Assembly: GCA_038215615.1 (NCBI GenBank) | Contig: JBBQQR010000024.1 | Span: 1-30,446, forward strand | DNA: 30,446 nucleotides | Direction of reading: 5' to 3' | Source of the DNA: Vulcanimicrobiales bacterium | Lineage (GTDB): Bacteria > Vulcanimicrobiota > Vulcanimicrobiia > Vulcanimicrobiales > Vulcanimicrobiaceae | Part shown: one piece after another, positions 9,415-18,412 of the stretch | Numbering within the stretch: position 1 is the stretch's first letter | How the letters are laid out: every line of letters starts with the position of its first letter | Translations under genes and position numbers: made by a program | The notes under the pieces: generated by a model | Seen by the model: the letters and a program-made list of their open reading frames with translations, nothing else | Databases searched by the model: none | What the model was told of the DNA's origin: nothing

Positions 9415-10386
9415 ATGTACGTCCTCGCGCCAGCCCCCACCCTCTACGGGCGGCATTTTCTCACCGTCGATGACTTTTCGGCCGGCGAACTGGGGGCGCT
9501 ACTGCGGCTGGCGGCCTATCTGAAGGGGCGCCGGACGGCCGAGCAGTCCTCGGTGCTGCCCGGCAAAACGCTGGCGATGCTCTTCGAAAAGCCGAGCCTG
9601 CGCACCCGCGTTTCATTTGAAGTCGCGATGACGCAACTCGGCGGGCACGTCATCTTCGCCGACGGACAAGAATTTTTGATCGGGACGCGCGAGTCACCCG
9701 AAGATGCCGCCCGCGCGCTTTCGCGTTATGCGGATGCGATCGTCATCCGGACCCACGCACACGAACCGCTGCAGCGCTTTGCGGACGCGGCGACGGTGCC
9801 GGTCATCAACGGTTTGTCGGCGGCCGCGCATCCGTGCCAAGCGCTTGCGGATCTGCTGACGATACAAGAACGCTTTGGTTCGCTTCAAGGCTTGAAGATA
9901 GCTTTTCTGGGTGACGCGAAAAATAACGTCGCGGCTTCGCTTGCCGAAGCGGCGGTGATGGCCGGCGCGACGATCCACTTCGGTTCGCCGCCGTCGCACC
10001 GGCCGTCGGAACATTTCCTGGCTAAACTCAAAGCGATGGGGAAATCACAGGGCGGCGATGCGCGCGCGTTCTGCAGCGCGGTGCGCGCGGTTCGCGGTGC
10101 GGACGTTATTTACACCGATGTTTGGACGTCGATGGGCGAAGAGGCCGCGACGGAACGCAATCGCGCCGTCCTTTCGCCGTTCCGGGTGACTGACGAGCTT
10201 TTCACGCATGCCGCAGGGCACTCGATTTTTATGCACTGCCTGCCGGCGCATCGCGGGGAGGAAGTCACCGCGGGCGTTATCGACGGCCCGCGAAGCGTCG
10301 TCTTCGACCAAGCCGAGAACCGCATGCACGCGCAGAAAGCTTTGCTCGTTGCCCTGATGACGACACTCAAGGGCTTTCCGGTATGA
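9415..10386 (+). CDS. argF: Ornithine carbamoyltransferase
   Basis: FEKPSLRTRVSF, HPCQALAD, DVWTSMG, HCLPAHRG and QAENRMH motifs. Confidence 0.96.
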   Translation: MYVLAPAPTLYGRHFLTVDDFSAGELGALLRLAAYLKGRRTAEQSSVLPGKTLAMLFEKPSLRTRVSFEVAMTQLGGHVIFADGQEFLIGTRESPEDAARALSRYADAIVIRTHAHEPLQRFADAATVPVINGLSAAAHPCQALADLLTIQERFGSLQGLKIAFLGDAKNNVAASLAEAAVMAGATIHFGSPPSHRPSEHFLAKLKAMGKSQGGDARAFCSAVRAVRGADVIYTDVWTSMGEEAATERNRAVLSPFRVTDELFTHAAGHSIFMHCLPAHRGEEVTAGVIDGPRSVVFDQAENRMHAQKALLVALMTTLKGFPV

Positions 10387-10850
10387 AAGAACGCAGGCAG
10401 CGGGCGATTCTGACGCTGGTGGCGACGCGGCCTATTCATTCGCAAGAAGAGTTGGCGGCGATGCTCGATTCGCAGGGTTACGAAACGACGCAGGCCACGA
10501 TTTCGCGCGACATCAAGGAACTTGGCCTCGCAAAGGTGCCGATAAAAAACGGCAACGGGAACGGCCATCAGTTTAAATACGTACTGCCAAGTCCGCAGCT
10601 TTCGTTCGCAAGCCGGCTGCATCGTGCCGTCACCGAATTGGTGACGAGCATTCAGAGCAGCGTTAACTTGATCGTGCTGCGTACGCCGCCGGGCAGCGCT
10701 ATGCTGGTTGCGACGGCGATCGACGAGGCGCAGTGGCCGGAGATCATCGGTTCGATCGCCGGCGACGACACCATCATGGTAATCGTGCGCGAGCCCAAAG
10801 AGACACCCATCATCGTGCAACGCTTCATCGATCTGCGGGAGTCTTCGTGA
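10383..10850 (+). CDS. argR: Arginine repressor
   Basis: SQEEL, TQATISRDIKELG and IAGDDT motifs; ATGA overlap with argF. Confidence 0.96.
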   Translation: MKERRQRAILTLVATRPIHSQEELAAMLDSQGYETTQATISRDIKELGLAKVPIKNGNGNGHQFKYVLPSPQLSFASRLHRAVTELVTSIQSSVNLIVLRTPPGSAMLVATAIDEAQWPEIIGSIAGDDTIMVIVREPKETPIIVQRFIDLRESS

Positions 10851-12073
10851 ACGACAAAACCATCGTCTTGGCTTATTCAGGCGGACTCGATACGTCCGTA
10901 CTGCTGAAGCGTTTCTTGCTGGAAGGCTACGACGTCATCGCGCTGACGGCCGATTTGGGCGAGAGTGACGCGATTGCGGGCGGTGGTGCGGCCGCTGCGC
11001 TGCACGCGGTGAAGGCCAAAGCGCTGACGCTTGGCGCGCGTGAGGCGGTGCTGGTGGATGCGAAGGAACGCTTCATCGATGATTTCGCATTGATGGCGCT
11101 GCACGCCAATGCATTATACGAAGGAGTCTATCCGCTCTCGGCCGCGCTCTCGCGGCCGCTTATCGCCCATCTTTTGGTGGAAACGGCGCACGCCAAAAAT
11201 GCCGCTGTCGTTGCACACGGGTGCACGGGTAAGGGCAACGATCAGGTGCGGATCGAGCTGGGCGTTCGCGCACTCGATCCGCACCTGACGTGTCGTGCAC
11301 CGCTGCGCGAACAGCCCCTCTCGCGGCCCGACGCGATCGCATTTGCCAAAGAGCATGGCGTGCCCATTTCGCATACGCAAGAGAAGCCGTATTCGATTGA
11401 CGCCAATCTTTGGGGCCGTTCGATTGAGGCCGGCGTGCTGGAAGATCCGTGGAACGCGCCGCCGGAAGATGCGTACGCGTGGACCGCGGCGCCGGAGTTG
11501 CGGCCCGCGCAAGCCGACGAGATCGTTATCGAATTCGAGATCGGCATTCCGCGCTGGGATCGCACGGACGGCTGGGAAATGGCCGCCCGGCTCAACGTGC
11601 TTTCCGGAAAACACGGCATCGGGAGGATTGACCTGGTCGAGGATCGCGTCATTGGATTGAAGTCGCGCGAAGTCTATGAGTGTCCGGCTTCCACGGTGTT
11701 GATTGCGGCGCACAAGGCGCTGGAGCGCGTCGTGCTGACGCGCGACGAGCTGCGATTCAAAGCGATGTGCGATCAACGTTACTCCGAACTGATTTACGAC
11801 GGATTGTGGATGTCGCCGCTACGCGATGCGCTGGATGCGTTCAATGCCTCGTTCGCGACGCGCATGAGCGGTAAAGTTCGCTTGAGCCTGTATCAGGGGG
11901 TCGCAACGGTTACCGGTGTTCAGTCGCCCTACGGGATCTATTCCGAAGCGCTCGCCACGTATGGAAAAGGTGACGCTTTCGATCACAACGCAGCTGAGGG
12001 GTTTGTGAAACTTCATGGCTTACCGCTGGAATTGGTCGCACGAGTTACGACGCCTCACCGCGAGTTGGTATGA
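10847..12073 (+). CDS. argG: Argininosuccinate synthase
   Basis: GTG start overlapping the argR stop; LAYSGGLDTS, HGCTGKGNDQVR, YSIDANLWG and GLKSREVYE motifs. Confidence 0.96.
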   Translation: MNDKTIVLAYSGGLDTSVLLKRFLLEGYDVIALTADLGESDAIAGGGAAAALHAVKAKALTLGAREAVLVDAKERFIDDFALMALHANALYEGVYPLSAALSRPLIAHLLVETAHAKNAAVVAHGCTGKGNDQVRIELGVRALDPHLTCRAPLREQPLSRPDAIAFAKEHGVPISHTQEKPYSIDANLWGRSIEAGVLEDPWNAPPEDAYAWTAAPELRPAQADEIVIEFEIGIPRWDRTDGWEMAARLNVLSGKHGIGRIDLVEDRVIGLKSREVYECPASTVLIAAHKALERVVLTRDELRFKAMCDQRYSELIYDGLWMSPLRDALDAFNASFATRMSGKVRLSLYQGVATVTGVQSPYGIYSEALATYGKGDAFDHNAAEGFVKLHGLPLELVARVTTPHRELV

Positions 12074-13467
12074 GCTCCAACCTCCAATGGGGAGGGCGCT
12101 TTGGAGCCGCGCCGGATCCGGCGCTGATCGCCTTCGGTTCGTCGCTAGCCGACGATTTGGTGCTCGCGCCGTTCGACGTGCAGTGTTCGCGCGCGCACGT
12201 GCAGGCGCTGCGCGGGGGCAAGATTCTTTCGCAAGCTCAGGCGGACGAACTCTTCACCGCGCTCGACCGCATCGCCGGAGAGATTGAGAGCGGTGAGTTT
12301 TCGGATTTTGCCTGGAACTGCGGCGCCGAAGATATCCACGGCGCGGTCGACGCGCGCGTGCGCGATCTCACGCCCGCGGGCGCGCAGTTGCATGCCGGGC
12401 GCAGCCGGAACGATCAGGTTGCGACGACGCTGCTGCTGTATGCCGCCGACCGCGCGAAAAAGGGACAGGCGGTTGTTGCCCGCATTATCGCGCGGCTGCT
12501 CGACTATGCGCAAAGCGAACTCAACGCCGAAACATTGATCGCGGGGACGACGCATTGGCAGCCCGCGCAGCCGGTGCTGTTGGCTTTTTATCTGGGTGCG
12601 GTTGCCGAAGCGTTTAGTCGCGACATGCACCGGTTTTCAGAGACGGCGGCCAAGACGAAAGAAGCGTGTCCGCTCGGGTCAGCTGCGCTGGCGGGCTCGA
12701 CGCTGCCGCTCGATCGCAAAGTGGCGAGCGCGTCGCTGGGGTTCCGCGAGCCGACGCGCAACGCTTTGGATGCGATTGGCAATCGCGACGGGGCGCTAGA
12801 CGTGGCCCACGCATTCGTGCGCGCGCTGGTAGATGCGGCGCGCATGAGCGAGGAGCTCGTGATCTGGTTCACGCCGGCGTTTGGGTATGCGCGTTTGGGT
12901 GACTCGGCCGCGACCGGCTCGAGTTTGATGCCGCAGAAACGCAATCCGGATCCGTTCGAACTCGTGCGCGCGACGGCGGCGGACCTTTCCGCGCGTTACG
13001 CGGGCGCCATTTCGTCGATTGCGACGCTCGGATTTTCCTATCATCGCGATTTGCAAGTTACCAAGGCGATCATCATCGCGATTATCGAGCGCGGTATGGC
13101 GGCGCTCGGTGCATTCGAGGGTGCTCTTTCTCAGGTCACGTTCGAACGCGAGCGAATGAATGCGCTGGCCGATGCGAACTTCACCGTTGCGACGGACGTA
13201 GCGGACGCCCTGATCGCCCACGGCGTGAGCGCGCGGGAAGCGCACGCGGCCGTCGGCGCGGCGGTAACCCGCGCCGAAGAAGAAGGAAGCGGGCTGGATT
13301 CGACGGATTTGGCTCGGATGGCCGAAGACGCTAAGCTTTCCGGACTCGACGCGCCGCTCACCGCGCAAGCGTCGGTGCGGGCGAAGAGGACGTTTGGATC
13401 GACACATCCGGAAGAAGTCGCGCGCGCGCTCGGGACGCTGCGGCGCGAACTCGAGGCTGCGTCGTGA
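12070..13467 (+). CDS. argH: Argininosuccinate lyase
   Basis: WGGRF, EDIH, HAGRSRNDQ and GSSLMPQKRNPD motifs. Confidence 0.96.
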   Translation: MSSNLQWGGRFGAAPDPALIAFGSSLADDLVLAPFDVQCSRAHVQALRGGKILSQAQADELFTALDRIAGEIESGEFSDFAWNCGAEDIHGAVDARVRDLTPAGAQLHAGRSRNDQVATTLLLYAADRAKKGQAVVARIIARLLDYAQSELNAETLIAGTTHWQPAQPVLLAFYLGAVAEAFSRDMHRFSETAAKTKEACPLGSAALAGSTLPLDRKVASASLGFREPTRNALDAIGNRDGALDVAHAFVRALVDAARMSEELVIWFTPAFGYARLGDSAATGSSLMPQKRNPDPFELVRATAADLSARYAGAISSIATLGFSYHRDLQVTKAIIIAIIERGMAALGAFEGALSQVTFERERMNALADANFTVATDVADALIAHGVSAREAHAAVGAAVTRAEEEGSGLDSTDLARMAEDAKLSGLDAPLTAQASVRAKRTFGSTHPEEVARALGTLRRELEAAS

Positions 13468-14465
13468 CGCGCGTGCACGTCTGGGGCGCGTCGGGATATG
13501 GCGCCTCGGAAGCGATTGCGTTTTTGTCGGCACATCCGCTGATCGAGTTGGGCTTGCTGGAGAGCGCGAGCCTTGGCGGCGAGCCTGTCGGTTTGCATTT
13601 TCCGCGGCTGCGCACGCTTGACCGGTCGTTCGATTGGCCCGGAGCGATTTTGGGAGCGATCGAACCGGACGACGTCGTTATCATGGGCGGCGCACACGGT
13701 TTCGCGAGAGACGTTGCGCCGAAGTTTTTGGAAGCGGGCGCGCGCGTGATCGATCTGTCCGAAGACTTTCGTTTAACGCCGACCCGCGCCGTCTACGGAT
13801 TACCCGAGCGTTACAAAGCGCAGATTGCCGGCGCGCGGTTCGTGGCGAATCCGGGCTGCTATCCGACCGCGACGCTGCTGGCGCTGCTGCCGCTGGCGCC
13901 CCTCCGACAGGCGCGGGGTGACATGATCCAGATCATCGTAGATGCGAAAAGCGGCATTACGGGCGCCGGGCGCAAGCCGTCGGTGCGCGCGCTGTACGCG
14001 GAAGTTGCGGGCGACATTCACGCGTACGGTTTGGAAGGGCACCGGCACGAGCCTGAGATCGTGCAAGAGCTGAACGCGGCCGGAATCGATGCGCCGCTCG
14101 TCTTTACGCCGCACGTCGTTCCGCTGGCGCGCGGAATGCTGGTGGATGCGTACGTGGTGATGCGCAGCGCGCCCGAGTCGGGTTCGGTGCGCGCGGCCTA
14201 CGCGCGGTTTTATTCGGGCAATTCGTTTGTGCGGTTGCTGGGGGAGGGCGCTTCGCCGAGCGTTGCGGCGGTTGCCTACACCAATGACGCGGAGATCGCG
14301 GTTTCGGTGCGCGGCAACGTCGTTCGCGCAATTTGCGCGATCGATAACCTTGGCAGAGGGGCCGCAACACAAGCCGTGATGAACATGAACATTATGCTAG
14401 GGTTTCCGGAAGAGAGTGCGCTTAGACAGGGCGCGCATAGCGCGCCGCTCAGGATGACAACGTAA
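13464..14465 (+). CDS. argC: N-acetyl-gamma-glutamyl-phosphate reductase
   Basis: GASGYG, IDLSEDFR, ANPGCYPT, SGITGAGR and IDNLGRGAA motifs. Confidence 0.95.
   Translation: MTRVHVWGASGYGASEAIAFLSAHPLIELGLLESASLGGEPVGLHFPRLRTLDRSFDWPGAILGAIEPDDVVIMGGAHGFARDVAPKFLEAGARVIDLSEDFRLTPTRAVYGLPERYKAQIAGARFVANPGCYPTATLLALLPLAPLRQARGDMIQIIVDAKSGITGAGRKPSVRALYAEVAGDIHAYGLEGHRHEPEIVQELNAAGIDAPLVFTPHVVPLARGMLVDAYVVMRSAPESGSVRAAYARFYSGNSFVRLLGEGASPSVAAVAYTNDAEIAVSVRGNVVRAICAIDNLGRGAATQAVMNMNIMLGFPEESALRQGAHSAPLRMTT
14421..14459. repeat. REP-like repeat, copy 2, with internal hairpin
   Basis: CTTAGACAG + GGCGCGC-ATA-GCGCGCC + GCTCAGGATGACA, inside the last codons of argC. Confidence 0.65.
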
Positions 14466-14467
14466 GC

Positions 14468-15694
14468 ATGAAAGCCATTGCCATCGATTCGCTGATCGTG
14501 CCCAGGCTCGTTGCGTTGCGTGGCGGGCTTGGGAATGTGCCCGGCGTGCGGCTGGCCGGCGTGCACGCAGGCGTGAAGAAACGCAAGCGCGATCTGGCGC
14601 TGATCGCGTTTGACGGGCCGCAAGCGTGTGCTTCGGTTGTCACGACGAACGAAATTAAAGCCGCGCCGGTATTGGTGACGCGCGAATCGCTGAAAACGCA
14701 CGATTCGCAAATGCGCGCGCTCGTCTGCAATTCCGGCAACGCCAACGCTTGCACGGGTGCGAAGGGCGAACGTGACGCGCGCGCTACCGCGCGTCAGGCG
14801 GCGGCGCTGCTGGGAATTCCGAAGCAAAGCGTGGTGGTTGCGTCCACGGGCGTGATCGGCGTGCCGCTGCCGATCGATCGTATTTCAAAATCGTTGGAGC
14901 GCGCCGCGGCCGATCTTGAAGCGGGAAGCGAAGCGGCATGGGATGCGGCCGAAGCCATCATGACGACCGATCGCGTTCCAAAGCTCGCGGCATACGCGTT
15001 TTATGACGGCGAAAAACGCTACGTTGTGGGCGGCATCGCCAAAGGCTCGGGGATGATCGCGCCAAACCTTGCCACGATGCTCGCGTTTATCGCGACCGAC
15101 GCGCCGATGTCGCAGAGCGAACTGCAGCGTCATCTGGTGGAAGCTGCCGACAGAAGCTTCAACATGATCTCGGTTGACGGCGATATGTCGACCAACGATT
15201 CGGCGTATGCGTTTGCGCCGGTTTCCGAAGAGTCCGCGCCCAAACACTTTGGCGCGGCGCTTAACAAACTGTGCGAAGAGCTGGCGCAAGCGATGGTGGC
15301 GGACGGCGAGGGCGCGACAAAAACGCTCACGGTGCATGTGACCGGTGCAACGCATGAGACGCAGGCGCGAACGGTAGCGCGTTCGATCATCAATCGCAAT
15401 TCGGTCAAGTCGATGATCAACGGCGAGGATCCCAATTGGGGGCGCGTGGTCGCGGCTGCCGGCGAAGCTCGTTGCGGCATGGATCCGGAGAAGTGGTCGC
15501 TCTATCTCAACGATCTGTTGTGGGTCGACGTCGGAGCCGTCGAGGTGCTTTCGGAGGCTGAGGGGCATCGCGAACTCGAGCACAAGAGTATTATCATCCG
15601 GCTCGATCTCGGCATCGGTCCGGCTGCCGCCACCGGTTGGGCGTGCGATATCTCGCGTGACTGGGTGCGAATCAATGCGAGTTATCGCACGTAA
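14468..15694 (+). CDS. argJ: Glutamate N-acetyltransferase / ornithine acetyltransferase
   Basis: NSGNANACTG, STGVIG, IMTTD, KGSGMIAPNLATML (autocleavage Thr), DGDMSTND, DGEGATK and DPNWGR motifs. Confidence 0.96.
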   Translation: MKAIAIDSLIVPRLVALRGGLGNVPGVRLAGVHAGVKKRKRDLALIAFDGPQACASVVTTNEIKAAPVLVTRESLKTHDSQMRALVCNSGNANACTGAKGERDARATARQAAALLGIPKQSVVVASTGVIGVPLPIDRISKSLERAAADLEAGSEAAWDAAEAIMTTDRVPKLAAYAFYDGEKRYVVGGIAKGSGMIAPNLATMLAFIATDAPMSQSELQRHLVEAADRSFNMISVDGDMSTNDSAYAFAPVSEESAPKHFGAALNKLCEELAQAMVADGEGATKTLTVHVTGATHETQARTVARSIINRNSVKSMINGEDPNWGRVVAAAGEARCGMDPEKWSLYLNDLLWVDVGAVEVLSEAEGHRELEHKSIIIRLDLGIGPAAATGWACDISRDWVRINASYRT

Positions 15695-15699
15695 CGTCG

Positions 15700-16887
15700 G
15701 TGGATAACCACTTACTCCAAAATTATCGCAGTGCGCCCATCACGATCGTGCGCGGCGAGGGATGTTATCTTTTCGACGATGGCGGGACGCGGTATCTCGA
15801 TATGATCGGCGGAATTGCGGTATGTGCGCTGGGACACGCGCATCCCGGCATCGCCGATGCGATTGCGAAGCAGGCGCACACGTTGGTGCAGTCGAGCAAC
15901 CTATTCGGACACGAACCGGCGCGCTCGCTGGCAAACGAATTGGCGAAGCGTTCGGGGTTCGATCGCGTATTTTTCTGCAACTCCGGCGCGGAAGCGAACG
16001 AAGCGGCGATTAAGCTCGCGCGCAAATTCGCCTATAGAAACGGCGATACAAAACGCCGCACAATTCTTTCATGCCAAGGGAGTTTTCATGGGCGGACGCT
16101 CGGCGCGCTGGCAGCGACGCCTAACGAGAAGTATCAAGAAGGCTTCGACCCGCTTCCCGGCGGCTTCCGCTACACGCCGTTCAACGACGCCGACGCACTG
16201 AAGGGCGCGATCGACAGTACGGTAGCGGCGTTCATCGTAGAGCCGGTGCAAGGGGAGAGCGGCGTGATTCCGGCGACGGGCGAGTTCTTACAAGCGGCGC
16301 GCGAGCTGTGCACGCAGCATGGTGCGCTGTTGATCTTCGATGAGATCCAATGCGGCATGGGCCGCATCGGCCCACTCTTTGCGTTTATGCATTTCGGCGT
16401 GCGTCCCGATGTGATAACGATTGCCAAAGCGCTTGCCAATGGGCTGCCGATTGGCGCGATGCTGCTGACCGAACGCGTCGCTAGCGGCCTGCAGCCGGGC
16501 GATCACGGCACGACCTTCGGCGGATCGCCGGTACCATGCGCGGCCGGCCTCGCGCATTTGCGCATTCGAGACGAGATTGGCGTGCGGCAGAACGTCGAGC
16601 AAATGTCGGCGGTGCTGTTTAGCGGATTGCGCGATATCGCCAAAGCGTTTCCGGATATTTTCGGCGAGCCCCGCGGGCTCGGTCTCCTTGCGGGCCTTCC
16701 CGTGAAGGATCCGCACGACGCAGCCACGTTGGTGACGCACGCGAGAGAAAATGCCCGGGTGCTTCTCAACAAAGCCGGAAACAACACGATGCGCTTTGCT
16801 CCGCCGCTGATCGTGACGCAAGGGCAGTTGGAGCTCGCATTAAAAGCGTTGCGAGCGGCGGCAGAGTCGCTGGCGGTCGCCGCCTAA
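15700..16887 (+). CDS. argD: Acetylornithine aminotransferase (class III PLP)
   Basis: NSGAEANEAAIK, SFHGRT, EPVQGESG, FDEIQCGMGR, AKALANG and HGTTFGG motifs; arg operon context. Confidence 0.93.
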   Translation: MDNHLLQNYRSAPITIVRGEGCYLFDDGGTRYLDMIGGIAVCALGHAHPGIADAIAKQAHTLVQSSNLFGHEPARSLANELAKRSGFDRVFFCNSGAEANEAAIKLARKFAYRNGDTKRRTILSCQGSFHGRTLGALAATPNEKYQEGFDPLPGGFRYTPFNDADALKGAIDSTVAAFIVEPVQGESGVIPATGEFLQAARELCTQHGALLIFDEIQCGMGRIGPLFAFMHFGVRPDVITIAKALANGLPIGAMLLTERVASGLQPGDHGTTFGGSPVPCAAGLAHLRIRDEIGVRQNVEQMSAVLFSGLRDIAKAFPDIFGEPRGLGLLAGLPVKDPHDAATLVTHARENARVLLNKAGNNTMRFAPPLIVTQGQLELALKALRAAAESLAVAA

Positions 16888-16890
16888 AAC

Positions 16891-17622
16891 TTACTCGGCC
16901 ATCCGTGTGGTGGTGTACGTGATGTGCTCCGGCGCGATGTATTGCCGCAAGTGTTGCACGAGGCCGTCTATACTGTAGCCCAAGTTCTCTAAGTGCGTAT
17001 TGATGTGGAACTCGCCGGAGAGCCAGTCGATGCGGTCCAGACGGCCGGTCGTCATCAGGATTTCGTACTCGCTGCCTTCGCAATCAATTTTTAGAAGTCT
17101 ACAGTGCTCAAAACCGTAGCGTTCAAAAATGTCGTCCAATGTGATCGACGGGACCGCGAAATACTCGCGGCCGGGGAGGCGCATGTCCTGGAGTTGTCCG
17201 GTGGCGCCGCCGGTGTTTTCGACGTTCATGATCATATCGAGCGAGCGGCGGTCTTTGGTGACCGCGCAGTTGTCGACCGTGACGTTCTCCACGCCGTTGA
17301 GCGCGATGTTCTGCTTGAACGACTCGTAGTTTACCGGAGCGGGTTCGAAGGCGTGCACTTTTATGAATGGGTATTTCTTGGCTAGGTAAAGCGCAACGAC
17401 GCCGATATGTCCACCAATGTCGATGACGACGTCGCCGGAGGTGAAGGGAGGACGATCCAGTCCGTAGTCGTCGGTCTTGATTTCATGTATGATGAGCGGG
17501 GCGATCGTCGTCGGAATATCGGTAATTGTGAGTCGGATTCCGTTAACGCGATAATCGCGCACAATGCGACCGTCGGATGACGGTTGCGGTTCCTTGCTTT
17601 TGAAGAGTCCGAGGAAACCCAT
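16891..17622 (-). CDS. FkbM family SAM-dependent methyltransferase
   Basis: VIDIGGHIG, VHAFEP and LLKIDCEGSE motifs. Start uncertain; ATG 17622 (MGFLGLFKSK) chosen because longer versions run antisense through the next gene. Confidence 0.88.
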   Translation of the reverse strand: MGFLGLFKSKEPQPSSDGRIVRDYRVNGIRLTITDIPTTIAPLIIHEIKTDDYGLDRPPFTSGDVVIDIGGHIGVVALYLAKKYPFIKVHAFEPAPVNYESFKQNIALNGVENVTVDNCAVTKDRRSLDMIMNVENTGGATGQLQDMRLPGREYFAVPSITLDDIFERYGFEHCRLLKIDCEGSEYEILMTTGRLDRIDWLSGEFHINTHLENLGYSIDGLVQHLRQYIAPEHITYTTTRMAE

Positions 17623-18403
17623 GGCAGAAACTTCTCGCGAGAAAGCAGAGCGCCTTCGCGCGCTGCACCACGGCGACCGCCCGCTGGTGCTCGTCAACGT
17701 GTGGGACGTAGCCGGTGCAAAAATTATCGAAGAGCTCGGCTTTCCCGCGGCGGCGACCGCCAGCGCGGCGATTTCGGCGTCGCTCGGGTATGACGACAAC
17801 GAAGGGATTGGGCGGGAGCTCATGCTTTCAAACGTGGCGCGCATTGCCGGGGCGGTCGATATTCCGGTGACCGCGGACCTTGAGGCGGGCTATGGCCCGA
17901 CGGTGGAAGATGCGGTCGCGACGGCGCGCGGAGCGATCGAAGCCGGGGCCGTAGGCTTGAACTTTGAGGATTCGGCGCATAAAGAAACATCCGTGCTGTA
18001 TGACCCCGATTTGCAAGCCGAGCGAATCAAAGCGATTCGCCGAACTGGCGACGAGCTCGGCGTTCCGCTGGTCATTAACGCGCGCACCGATGTGTACTTC
18101 CGGACGGAGCTGCCGGACGGCGAAAAATTTCGCGAAAGCGTACGCCGCGCTAACATATACTTGGCGGCCGGCGCTGACTGCATCTACGTTCTGGGACCGA
18201 CGGATGAAGATGTGATCGCGCGACTAGTTAAGGCGATTCTCGCGCCGCTGAATATGCTCGCATTGCCGAATGCGCCGTCGATCGCGCGCATGGCGGAGCT
18301 CGGCGTGAAACGCATGAGCTACGGTCCGCGACCCATGCGTCTTGCTATGACCGCGTTTCGCGAGGCGGCGGAACGCGCGCGCGATATGGGGGTATTTCCC
18401 TAA
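17621..18403 (+). CDS. Isocitrate lyase / PEP mutase family protein
   Basis: NVWDVAGA, SLGYDD, PVTADLEAGYG, VGLNFED, INARTD and AGAD motifs; SD GAGG at 17611 before ATG 17621. Confidence 0.92.
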   Translation: MAETSREKAERLRALHHGDRPLVLVNVWDVAGAKIIEELGFPAAATASAAISASLGYDDNEGIGRELMLSNVARIAGAVDIPVTADLEAGYGPTVEDAVATARGAIEAGAVGLNFEDSAHKETSVLYDPDLQAERIKAIRRTGDELGVPLVINARTDVYFRTELPDGEKFRESVRRANIYLAAGADCIYVLGPTDEDVIARLVKAILAPLNMLALPNAPSIARMAELGVKRMSYGPRPMRLAMTAFREAAERARDMGVFP

Positions 18404-18412
18404 GGCCTAACC

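Noticed and set aside
9415..10386. Possible N-acetyl- or N-succinyl-ornithine transcarbamylase because of SLRT
   Set aside because: DxxxSMG and HCLPAHRG are the canonical OTC motifs.
17623..17844. Extended FkbM N-terminus (317-aa version)
   Set aside because: It is antisense to the conserved ICL/PEP-mutase N-terminus and has low-complexity shadow composition.
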